From: an uncultured virus (IMG/VR IMGVR_UViG_3300030330_001898)
Lineage: Duplodnaviria; Heunggongvirae; Uroviricota; Caudoviricetes
DNA length: 64,000 nt
IMG/VR virus record: IMGVR_UViG_3300030330_001898
Coordinates: 1 to 64,000 of that record
Strand: one strand, 5' to 3'
Shown here: positions 45,106 through 56,900 of the stretch, piece after piece
How the letters are laid out: every line of letters starts with the position of its first letter
How positions within the stretch are numbered: the stretch's first letter is position 1
Translations under genes and position numbers: made by a program
Notes under the pieces: generated by a model
The model's database searches: none
What the model saw: only the letters and a program-made list of their open reading frames with translations
What the model was told of the DNA's origin: nothing

Positions 45106-46880
45106 TAGAGGTAGTTGAAGGTGGTGTACAGAAAAGAAATAAAATTTGTACATACACTGAATACTTAACAAAACAAAAAGCAAATGCTTTTAAAAAAGAA
45201 ATGTATAGATCATATTATTTGTTTGACAATACATTTCGTGATCATTTACTTAAACATAAAACAGTTAAAGGATATGATGGACTTGTTTATCCAGATAAGT
45301 TTATTATAGACTTAGACAAAGGAGATATTGATGGAGAAAATATGCAAAGCTATTTACAACATACTTGTAATGAGTTGTTTGATTTTGGCATTGACAGTAG
45401 CCATATCAATATCTGGTTTAGTGGTAGCGGTTATCATATTGAGTTACTTAACGTATTTGGCTTTCAACCAAATAAAAAGTTGCATGATAAAGTGAAAGCT
45501 ACGTTTACTAAACATTTTAGTTTTGGTGATAATATTTACGACAAGACAAGAATCATTAGATCAAACTGGTCGTTAAATAAAAAGACTAAGCTGTATAAAG
45601 TTTGGATACCATTAGAAGATATATGGAACTTATCTTATGATGATGTATGTTTATATGCTTCATCTAAAGAAGAGTATACTAAATATATTAAGTCTAAACC
45701 AAACTTTTATGCAACAATGAATGATGAAAGTGCTTTTGTAGAACCTTATCTACAAACATCAATAATATCAAGTATCAATAAAAATATTGAATTAACACCT
45801 ATGAGAAGTGGTGAAACTAATTCTGTTGTTACTTGTGTGCAACATATATTTAATGAAGGACCAACTCAAGGTTCACGTAATAAAAATATGATGCGTATGG
45901 TAAGTTCTTGGAAAAGAGCTGGAATACCATTTATTGTTGCATTAAACGGCATAGTAAAATGGTCTCAAAACGAGTTAGATATATCTGAAATAGAACGCAC
46001 TGTTACAAATGTATATGACAATCAATATATATACGGTTGTGATGATGCAATACTTATGGAGTATTGTGATCCAAAGTGTATTCATTTCAAACGTAAAGAT
46101 TATGTATTAGATATTAGAGATGTTGCTTCGTTAGAAGATACATTTAAACAATACATAACTAACGATCTAACAGCAAGGAGTATTAATATACAAGACATAT
46201 TTGATGGTGCTCCTGATTACGTATTCAAACCAGGTGAACTAGTAATATTTAGTGGTGATACTGGTATGGGTAAAACTGCATTCGTTCAAAATATAGTGAC
46301 AAAAGCCAAAAAAGATACTTTATTCTTATCTTTAGAGATGAATGAAATATTGATATGGAGAAGATTCGGACAAATAGCTGAAGAGAAAACAAGTGAATGG
46401 GTTATTAATCAATATAAAAATAATCCAGAGTTTTCTTTGAAAGATAAGTTAGATCATCTTAATATTATGGTGATTGCTCCTGAGATCGAAGCAATTAAAA
46501 AGGTTGTAGCACAATATGAACCTAATGTATTAGTAGTTGATACTACTGATGAAATGCAAGTAGATAGGTTTGATGGTGATATACAAAAACAAAATTTTAT
46601 TATAGATGCACTCAAACAGATTGCACAACGTAATAACACTTTAATTTTTGCTATACATCATTTAAACAAAGCTAGTGCTTCTCAAGGTACTATAGGATTA
46701 CATTCCTTGAAAGGTTCATCTAATGTGGTACAAAAAGCAGATAAAGTAATTGTGATTAAAGGTAATCGTAATGAAGTATATCGTACTGTTATGTCTGAGA
46801 AATCAAGAGATGATGGTAGGTTAGAATTTGTTACTGAGTTTAATCCAAGCACTATGACATTTAAACGTATAGAAATATAA
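45090..46880 (+). CDS. primase-polymerase (AEP) fused to SF4/DnaB-like helicase
   Basis: IDLD, FSGSGYH and R..R AEP motifs; GSRN PriCT-like segment; Walker A GDTGMGKT, SLEM, VVD, HHLNK, KGSS. Confidence 0.85.
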   Translation: MENRIIEVVEGGVQKRNKICTYTEYLTKQKANAFKKEMYRSYYLFDNTFRDHLLKHKTVKGYDGLVYPDKFIIDLDKGDIDGENMQSYLQHTCNELFDFGIDSSHINIWFSGSGYHIELLNVFGFQPNKKLHDKVKATFTKHFSFGDNIYDKTRIIRSNWSLNKKTKLYKVWIPLEDIWNLSYDDVCLYASSKEEYTKYIKSKPNFYATMNDESAFVEPYLQTSIISSINKNIELTPMRSGETNSVVTCVQHIFNEGPTQGSRNKNMMRMVSSWKRAGIPFIVALNGIVKWSQNELDISEIERTVTNVYDNQYIYGCDDAILMEYCDPKCIHFKRKDYVLDIRDVASLEDTFKQYITNDLTARSINIQDIFDGAPDYVFKPGELVIFSGDTGMGKTAFVQNIVTKAKKDTLFLSLEMNEILIWRRFGQIAEEKTSEWVINQYKNNPEFSLKDKLDHLNIMVIAPEIEAIKKVVAQYEPNVLVVDTTDEMQVDRFDGDIQKQNFIIDALKQIAQRNNTLIFAIHHLNKASASQGTIGLHSLKGSSNVVQKADKVIVIKGNRNEVYRTVMSEKSRDDGRLEFVTEFNPSTMTFKRIEI

Positions 46881-46891
46881 AGGAAAATAAT

Positions 46892-47107
46892 ATGGAATAT
46901 ATATTCAAATACTCAAGTACAAACGAGTTAAACGTAAAGGTTTATGATTTTAAATTCTTTAACTTTGTCCGTATAGGATGCATGTTAAACAAAAATCATG
47001 GACAAAGTATATCTATTTACTTAGGAGTTGGTATAAAATATCAACTTATTCTAGGTGCACATAAATGGGATACTAAAATAAACTTTGGTGAAATGTATGA
47101 CGCATAA
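46892..47107 (+). CDS. hypothetical protein
   Basis: AAGGA SD upstream. Confidence 0.5.
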   Translation: MEYIFKYSSTNELNVKVYDFKFFNFVRIGCMLNKNHGQSISIYLGVGIKYQLILGAHKWDTKINFGEMYDA

Positions 47108-47423
47108 AAACAAAGTTCGTGGAAACAACCTTGAACGTGAAGTTGTAAATGCAGCTAAAGATGCTGGGCTCTCTGCAAAGAGGGCCTATGCCTCTGATGG
47201 TAGATCACTAGGTAAATCAGAAGTTGTTGATGTAATAGTAGAAGATTATTGCATTCAAGCTAAACGTAGAAAACGTATAGCAGAGTGGCTTTATCCAGAT
47301 AATCATGGCGATGATGTTGATATTGTTGTTACACGTATGGATAGAAAAGAAGCGTTAGTTGTAATACCACTAACTGAATGGTTAAGATTAATTAAAATAG
47401 AAAGGGACAATCATGATGATTGA
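47085..47423 (+). CDS. Hjc-type (PD-(D/E)xK) Holliday junction resolvase
   Basis: KVRGNNLERE...DV...IQAKRR motif. Confidence 0.75.
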   Translation: MVKCMTHKNKVRGNNLEREVVNAAKDAGLSAKRAYASDGRSLGKSEVVDVIVEDYCIQAKRRKRIAEWLYPDNHGDDVDIVVTRMDRKEALVVIPLTEWLRLIKIERDNHDD

Positions 47424-47557
47424 AATGAATAAAGATGAAGCTACTATAATAATTAAGTTAGCTCAGAAAATTATAACAGCTCTTGAAGAAGAGTTAAAAA
47501 ATAAACATAACAAACAAATAAGAGAATCAGAAGATAGCGTAGATAGTACAGAAGGTT

Positions 47558-47755
47558 ATGTTAATGGGAGTGGCAGCTATGAGTAATAATATAACAACTA
47601 TGCATGTAGATACAGAATTAGTTTTGTTATTCTATAATCCAGCTGAAGTACTGTTAGTAAAAGCAGCTTTAGTTAATTATAAAAAAGCACCATTTGTATC
47701 TAAACAAGAGATGATCATATTAGAAGAATTACTAGATCGTGTAAACGAACTGTAA
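47558..47755 (+). CDS. hypothetical protein
   Basis: Last + strand ORF before a hairpin. Confidence 0.5.
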   Translation: MLMGVAAMSNNITTMHVDTELVLLFYNPAEVLLVKAALVNYKKAPFVSKQEMIILEELLDRVNEL

Positions 47756-47778
47756 TATCATATACTCCTATGTGTGAA

Positions 47779-47824
47779 GATGGGGACGATTTTAACTCAC
47801 TTGTCGTCTCCATCACTTATTTTT
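47779..47824 (+). terminator. terminator-like hairpin ending the early module
   Basis: GATGGGGACGAT ... GTCGTCTCCATC followed by ACTTATTTTT. Confidence 0.6.
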
Positions 47825-47968
47825 CCCCTCTTTATAATACAGCTTAAAAGGAGTTGGGCAGGTATTAAACCCTGTATTACCTTTGTAAGCAAATAAAAAT
47901 TGGTTGGCAAACTAATAATAACAAAAAAAAGGGGGGAAAAAATATTAGCCACCGATAAAAAAAAAGAA

Positions 47969-50900
47969 TTAATCTTCTGGGATTGTATCAAGTTCTTCTT
48001 CTATAGCAGCTTGTTGTTCCATTTGATTACGTCTAATTGAATGTAATCTTCTTAATGGCAATCCAGTCATAAAATCTACTGCCATAGCAGGACTATCATA
48101 CGTCTTTTTTAAGTCTCTGAATAGTCTACCAAAAGGAAAGTATGTAGCAACTTGATATTTATAAAAGTTTTCCATATCACCATTTAATATAGCAGTGATA
48201 GGAGACAATACAAATCTAGCAATAGGTGGTGTTACGATCTGTAATGGTGCTAAATATTGAGAAGGATATGAACTAAAGAATGCACGTTCTCTTTCTTTTT
48301 CATCACCAAACAATAATGCAGATGTATCTTGTAACCAGTTCATAGGTGGTGATAATGCATATTCAAAAATACTAGCAATAAATATATTACCAAGTGCTAA
48401 TGCCATTAAATCTAGAGTTAGTTGTCTTTCAAATTTCTTTTGAGACAATGTATCTCTTTTCCAACCTTCAAGCTTAGCATCTTTTGTGATCTGTATACGT
48501 CTACCAATACTATTCCATGCATATGGTTGGAATCTGGTTAATACACGACCTAAAGATGTATTAGCAAAGTTAGGCCTGAATGTAGCCTGATACATAAACT
48601 GAGATGCTTTAACACCTTTCATAGCAAAGTCTGTAATAACTGGACTATTAAATGGTATTCCATCAAAAATTTTCTCACCTAAAATAGTTCTCATATTAAT
48701 ATAGTTAGCTAAAAATGCGGTACCACGTAGTTTACGTTCCGACCATTTCATTGGTAAAGCACCAGCTTCAACAACAGGTATTTCTACTTTTAAATATTCT
48801 GCTGTTTCTCTTAAAGTTCTTTTAGATTCAATGTCGTGCAGCTCTTTAGAAGTTATTCTGCCTTCTTTATAAGATTTATTCATACGTGATATAAATTCAA
48901 TCCAAAACTTTTTTACACCCTGTCTACCAAAGTTTTTATCAAGAGATACAAGATCTAAGAACATCTGATCATATACCCCAATAGTTTCCATCCATTCAAA
49001 AATTCTTTTCATACTATTAATCTGAACCTTTTGTACTCTACCATCTGGTCCTACTACAGAAAACTCTGCTTTACCTCCACCAAATAAGTTCTGTATCATC
49101 CACTCAGAATCATTTGCTTTCCTAAATGCTGACCAACCTGTATCAGATATCGTATTAACAGTACCACCATATAAGTTAGTAATAGCTGTTTTAGGGTGTG
49201 ATAATAATGATAATAGCTCAAACTTACCTTCTAGGTCACTCAACTGTCTTACACGTTGCATAATAGCAAATTGTCTATCTTTAGAATTAGTAGGTAAAGG
49301 ACCAAATAATTTACCACCAAAGGCTCTGTCTAGCTTATTAAAGAATCTAACTGCTACTTCATCACTTGTTAGATGATACAATGATCCATACTTACCAGTA
49401 GAGTTTACTCTTTCTACTAACTTATTAGCTCTTGAAAGTCTTAATGCTTTAATTTCTGCTTTAGTCTTTTCAACATTTCTATTATTTCTTTTAAATATCA
49501 ACATCTGTTCATGGGGCATAACATCAATAGCTGCATCAAAATCTTTAATCAAATCTTTTTTATATCTACCAGTACCTTCTTTAGGTCCAGTCAAACCATC
49601 TTTTATATATTGTCTTAAGAACTCTTGGTCTTTTTTTTGTATACCATGCAAGTTCAATGCACGATATGTACTTAAACCCATCATATTTGTAAAAGAATCT
49701 CTCATATAGTTTGACCAATCAGCTGCCCATTCTTGACCTTTATGAACATTATCAAAGTTTCTTAACAATATTTCAGATCTTAATCCAGCAAGATTTGTAA
49801 ACCACATCTTAAACAATCCACTTGTATAAAAACGTACAGCATCAATATCTTTTTGATAAAAAGGCATAAACGTTTCACCTCTATTTTTAGTCATGCTAGC
49901 TGCATAATCACCAATAAATCCATCAAGATTTGGTCTTTCCATTAAATCAGTTATTTGTCTTTCAGCAGCTGCTTGACCATTAGTTATAGAAACACCTATC
50001 ATTCTTTCAAAACCTGCTTTTAAATCTCTTTTATATGTAAGAGCTGCCTCCATATGACTTACACCATCTATGTCCATCTTTGCTTGTAGGTAAGTTGGTA
50101 ATAACTTTTTATCTTGTAATGCTCTGTTAAACTTAACTTCAACATTATCTTTAATCCACTCTGCAAGTTTTTCTTGATTAGCCTGATATCTACCATGTCC
50201 TAACCTAGGAAAATAACCTTCTACAATATCACCAACATAATATTTAGTATACTCACCTTTAGTTTTTGCTAACTCTTTTAATACTGTCTGTTTTACAATG
50301 TAAGCTTGTGAACCTTTTTGAGATACTTTACCCTTAGGTTTACTTACATTAATGCCTTTTGGTTCTAATAAAAATTGTATTCTATCTCTCAACTCCATAT
50401 GGAATTTGATAAATCTATAATCATTAACACTCATAAGATATTTACCAATATATTCTCTGTCAGTTACATTTCTGTTCATCATATCTTTATATAACAATGA
50501 CACCCTATTTTCATTTATAATGCCTGTTTCTTGCAAGAAAGTTTGTTCAAGGTTACGTGAGTCTAGGTCTTTTGTTTGTGAGCCTTTAAACACCCCTTCT
50601 ACTACAAACGCACCATCTTTATTAGTGCCATATGAAAGTCCTTTAACTTTTTGTAGATCTACTAATGTTTTAGATAACTGTTTTACATTTGTTTTTATGT
50701 ATGTATTCTTAATACTTTGTAATAATTTAGATGTATCAGATGCAATTCTATCTACAAATTGTTGAGGTTTTATAGGTGTTAATGTACCATCTATATTACC
50801 TTGTGGTATATTAAATACAACTCCACTATCTTCTAGTTTTTTAATTGCTGATTGAGTATCTAAATAAGATTCTACAATGTAAGTTCTTTCCCCCTCACCA

Positions 50901-53900
50901 CCAACTTGCGTAGGAAACCTTGGTTTACCATCAGGTCCTGGATTGTATTCTATTTTATTTACAGCAGCTTGAAACAACAAGTCTCTATGTTCTGCCATTA
51001 ATTTATCAGTGGTATTAAAATAATAATATACACCATCAACTTTATCTTGTTGTAGTTTATAAATAATCTTTTGATATGTATCAAATTTATCTATAGCTAC
51101 TCTACCTGCTTCAAGAGTAGTAACAGGTATAGATATTCTTTTTTTAGATATTTTTCCATTTTTATCTAATGTAGGTCTAGCATTAGTCTCTATCTCAAAT
51201 CTATCTAAATTAAATAAATATTTAGCAGCCTGTCCATATCCTAACGTCTGATCAATAGCACTAGGCTTTCTAACAGCTTCTCTTTGTTTTTGAAATGCTG
51301 TCTTTTTACTTAACAACATTTCTAAACTTTTATTAAACATAACAAGATCTTCTGTGGTCATAGTCTCTAATCTTCTTTGAACACCAGTTTGATTGTATGT
51401 TAATTCCATAAACATTTCTTCTAATCTCATTATAGTGTCTGGATTTTGAAACAATATTTCTCTAAGTTTTTTAATTTCTTTACTAGCTTTGTCTGTTAAG
51501 ATAGCATTCTTATCAGATTCTACTCTAAATAAATATTCAAACTGAGGTATAAGTTCTCCTATATATCCATCTAAATTTTCTTGTTTAGTTTTTAAGCTAG
51601 GAGCATCTTCTATTATTGTATCAACTATCTTATCTTTATTACCAAAGAAATTAAATTTTACTCTATCTTCTACTATTTCAAAATTATTTTGATATACAGT
51701 ATTTTCTGATAAAGATCTATCAAATGCTTCAATACTAAATGTTGTTTTAAACTGCTCTTCAAACTTAATTGCATCATTATCTATAAGTTTTTGAGATAGT
51801 TTTTCTCCAACTCTTTGACCATTAGACTCTAACATTTGACGCATATCAGAAAAGAAACTTTGTCTACCTCTATCACTTATAGCTATATAGCTAGATATAT
51901 TATCTACGTTAGGTCTATATTTTGTTAATGCTAAATTTTTAAAATACAAAGCTCTTGAATAGTCTTCATTATTTAATCTATCACCATCTTTTATAAACTT
52001 ACTAATATTAGAATTTTCTTTTTCTATATCTAACAATGCAAGTTTTTGTATATCAGTAGTAGGTCCTTTCAATGGACTTGATAATAACCATGTTTCTATA
52101 ATAGGTTCTATATCTTTATAGATAGTAGGATACTTATCTTTAAAGTTTAATTTTATTCTTCTAATTAATGTATTTACATCATTACCAGATAATTCTAAAT
52201 GTTTTTTGCCAGGAAAACTTAAGTTATTTCCTCTATCAAATAAAGATTTTATCATAAATGTTTGATCTATAATATCTTTTACAATCATTTCAGCAGTTTC
52301 AGATCCATATTCATTAGGTTTTTTCTGTTGTATATCTCTAATAAATTGTTCAGACATTTTTAAACTTCTAAATATACCTTGGTATTCAAAAACTTTTTGA
52401 TGCAATAATCCTGGTTCATTAATAATTAAATTTAATGTATCCTTAGCTTCTAGTTGAGAGTTATAATTATCAGTTAAACCAAACCTTTGCAACAATGGAT
52501 GATCAACTACAAGTTCTCTATATCTTAATATTAATGCTTTTGCTACATCAGTAGCAGCAAAGTCTTTAAATTCTTTAGCATAAAATTTAAAAGGATTAAT
52601 AACAAAATTAGGATAATCAACTAAAGCTTTTGCTATATGGTAATAGAATCTATTTTGTGAGCCAAAAGTTTTTAAATAATTTTCTCCAATAGTAGTAGAT
52701 ATTGTTGGATCTGTTACATTTTTATTTCTATATCCGACAGAATGTATATCTTTAAATGACTTTAATTCTGTAATTCTATTAAAAGCATACTCGTATTCAT
52801 TGCTATATCTTTCAAACATATCAAATTCTTTGCCTTGAACTTCAGGCTTACCTGTAATTTCAAAATGTTTAGACCAAAAAGTATCTAATATTTTATCGTA
52901 GGTTGCTACTTTTGTAAAGTTTGCAGAGTCTGCCATTAGATTAATACCTCTATATGTATCTAATTGTAACTCTCTCACAGATGTTTTTAACTTTAAACCA
53001 ATAGGAAACATTGTACCTTTAATAAATGTAGTCAGTTTCATTTCTGGTATTCCCATAGCGGTATCTTGTTGAATAATATCAGCTACCATTTGCATACGAT
53101 TAAATCCAGATACTACATACTCAATATTTTTTTTACCAATACGTGCATTTCTAGCTACATCAATTCTTAGATTACTATTCATTAAATCTTCTAATGCTCT
53201 AGTACCATTTGCTCCACCTTCAGATACTTTAATATCTGGATATTGTTCAACTAAACTTTGCCATTCTTTACCTTGAGGAGTTTCAAATGATAATGCATCT
53301 TCATTGTTTTTACCTGCTAATTCATTCTCATATTTCTTAAATACTTTCTTAAAAGATTCAGGCATATTCTGATACATAAATACACTGTCAGCATCTTTAT
53401 CTGCACCACCTAAGTAATAATCTGTTTTAGATGTAGTGACAACATTCATACCTCTTCTACCTGTAAATCCAACTACCTCTACAACACGTACACCACCATT
53501 ACCACTATTAGGATTACGCATAATTAAAAATGTAAGAGCATCTCTTAATTGATTTATTTCTGTACCAAATTGTTGTATATCATTTTTTATAACGTTTAAT
53601 CTATCAATAGCTTTTCCTAAAGTTATCTGATCATTTCCAACCATTATAGGCATATCTCTAAAAGTTTCTCCTAATCTTATTTGATTATCACGTAATCCAG
53701 TAGCAGTTTCTGGATCAGCAGGTCCTAACTTACCTTCTACGGCATTATTTACTCTAGGTTTTACTACTCTTTTATGACGATATTCTGTTAAACTTCTATT
53801 AATAAAAGATAAATATGGAGGATAAATTACAGATCCAATATCATATCCAGTTTTAAATAATGCATTTGGCACATCATATTTAACAAGTTGTTGTAAAGTA

Positions 53901-56900
53901 ACATCTATTAAATCAGTAGCTTCTTGTATATTTTGATGATAATCTTCACGACCTCTTTCTAATATTTTTCTTAATAATTTTAAACCAAAAGGAGTTTTTA
54001 TTTGATCAGACTCTAATACTCTATTAATTGCACCTAATGATATTGTATCTATATTATACTCTAAACTTAAATCTTGTTTTGCAAAAGCTTGTTCAAAGGC
54101 TTTGGTTTTTTCAGGATTACCTACAACAGAAGATTCAATCATTCTATCATAATCAGCTACAAAGTTATCATAGTCTTTACCTATTTGCTCTTTGTTGAGT
54201 TTATCAAACATTTGTTTAGCAATTAATAAACCATTATAAAGTTTGTTAGGGTTTTCATAAACACCATAATTCAAATATAATTCTTCTGGTTTTATACCAA
54301 ATGATTCTATGTTATCTTTTATAGAGTATTCTTTAGTATTATTATTCCATTCTAGTTTATGTTTTTTAATACCTAACATTGTTTTTGTTGCAGATTCAGC
54401 AGTAATAATATCTATATTATTAGCTTTCATAAACTTATCCATTGCAGTAGTAGCTCTAAATGTACCAGTTTTAAATAATATAGTACCAGTTCCTTCTCTA
54501 GGAGCTTTAAATCCTACAAGTTTTAAAAATCCACTATCTGGATCTCTATAATTAGCATCAGAAATAGCATCAAATATTTCTTTTCTTATATATACAACAG
54601 CATCTATAGCACTCTTAGAAGGCTCTCCATCTACTTTAAATGTAGAAGGTATGTCTTCTATCTGTACAACTTTCCACTCTCCATTATCATCTAGTTTACC
54701 TTTGTAATCTACAGACTCCAATTTTACTTCTTGACCTTGAGCTAAACTATTGTATTTATTAAATTTTTGTACAGTTTCAAATAAAGGATTCTGTCTAAAC
54801 TTTTTTAATCCATCATTTAATTTGTCATAAGTTATTGGTTCATTAGCTTTTATATAGCCAGCATCTAACAAAGAATAATAAATATTACTTGCATAATCTT
54901 CTGCTTGCACATCTGTTAATTTATCCTGTGTAAATAATTTATTATCTCTTAATAATTGTTTTTGTAAAGCAGTGGTAATTTCTGTGTCTGTAAATGGACG
55001 TTTGTGTAATATAATCTCTCCAGTATCTTTAGCACCACCATATATATAATATCCTTGTTCTCTAGCAGAAGCATTTAAATCATTTAACATAGCGTCTTTA
55101 AGAAAATATTCAAACTTTTGATATAATACTTTTTTATTTTTACCTGAACCTATTGTAATATCATTGTCAGAAAAATCTAAAATTTTCTTTCTACCAAATA
55201 TAGGTACTTCTACTAAACCTCCGTCCTTTATTAATAGACCAAACTTATGAAGTTTTTCTTGTATATAAGCTTGTCTAACAATAATACGTACTCTTCTGCC
55301 ATTTCCTATATGTTCATTGTATTTACTTTTTTGTCTTGGAGCACCAACTGGTTTATCTCCTATATCTCTCATAGGTTGTCTTGTAACAACTGGTTGACCA
55401 CTACTAAAATCTATCTCATAATCTTCTCTTATTTGTACATTTTTTTTAAGTTTTAAATATGAACCTAATAACGATTCATTAACTTCTTTGAAAAAAACTT
55501 TTCCATCTTTTATTTGCTCAGGATATTTTTCTTTTAAAGCCTCTTTAAATTTAGGTAAATTGTACTCAGTCTCTACAGCAAGTCTACCTATATCAACTAA
55601 CAACTGGTCTTGACTTGTAGATATATTCATAGACCTAAGTTTTTCTACTAAAGTTTTTATCTGTGGATTACTAATAGCTGGTTCATTTAAATCCTTAGAA
55701 GTTAAATTTACTAGGTCAGCTAAATCCATTCCTAAGTTTTCTTTTATTTCTCTCTTAAATGCTTCTAATCCACTTTTATCTTTATCACTTATTACTGCTA
55801 TATTCTCAACACTTTCTAATGCTTCTGCTATTTTAGTTTGTTCTACTTCAGCTTTAATTTGCTCCCACTGTTCACGAGTAGGTCTTGTAATACCTTTTTC
55901 ATCTAATATAGCTTTTACTTCAGGTATAACAACTTTAGTAATAGAAACATCTCTGTCAAATACCTGTTGTTGTATTAATGGTATTCTACTCTTTACATAG
56001 TCTCTATCAAATTTAGGTAATGCTAAAAACTCTGGATCAGCTTCAAGTTCTCTTGTTAAAGTTTGTTCTGTTTTTTCTAATGAACGAAAACGTTCTGAGT
56101 TTTTATTTAGATACTTAATTCTTTGTATAAATCCTGCATCTCTAGCAGTAGCACCAAAGAAAGCACCTAATAAATATTCATATACCTGTTCTGGTACAGG
56201 TAAATTTTGTGCAGTAGCCATACCACCTTGTAATCCAGAACCAATAGCACCTTTAATAGCCATATTGATTCCTTCTAAAGTTCTATCTTCTGCTGCTAAC
56301 TCATCAGCTTTTCTACGAATAATATTTTCACCAAGTTTTCTTGTCTTAGGATTAGCATATATACGTGCTACATTTACATAATTACCAATAGTTCCAAACA
56401 TACCACCAGCTATAGCACCATGTATAGCTGCATCTGCTGCACCTTTAGCACCTTCTGTCCAACTACTTACACCCATAGCTATACCTAAGTGTGCAGCCTG
56501 CTCTCCTATATCTCTAAACCTTGGACTTTTTAATATACCCTTAGCAAGAAAGCCGTCCTTTAATACACCTGCATCTCCAAAAGATGCCTTAGCCTGCTCT
56601 ATAACTTTATCAGCTACCTTCATTGGTATTGATTGTAAAGCAAAGGTATCTGTACCTATTTCTTTTCTAAATGCAGGAGGAGCCGCTTCACCAGCAGCAC
56701 GTAAGCCTTTTGTTACACCACCAGCTGCTTTTAAACTAGCACGTTTAGCTACAGCTACTGGTATATACTGGCCCATAGATAGTGCACTTGCAATAACATC
56801 AGGAGCAAAACCAACAAGGTGTCCTACTTTATTAGCTATAGATTCTATAGATGTATCAGGTTCATCTGACCAACCAAGAGTTGTAAAACCTTCAACAAGT

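Noticed and set aside
47797..47991. 64-aa - strand ORF at the convergence of modules
   Set aside because: Runs through homopolymer tracts and a terminator hairpin; likely non-coding.
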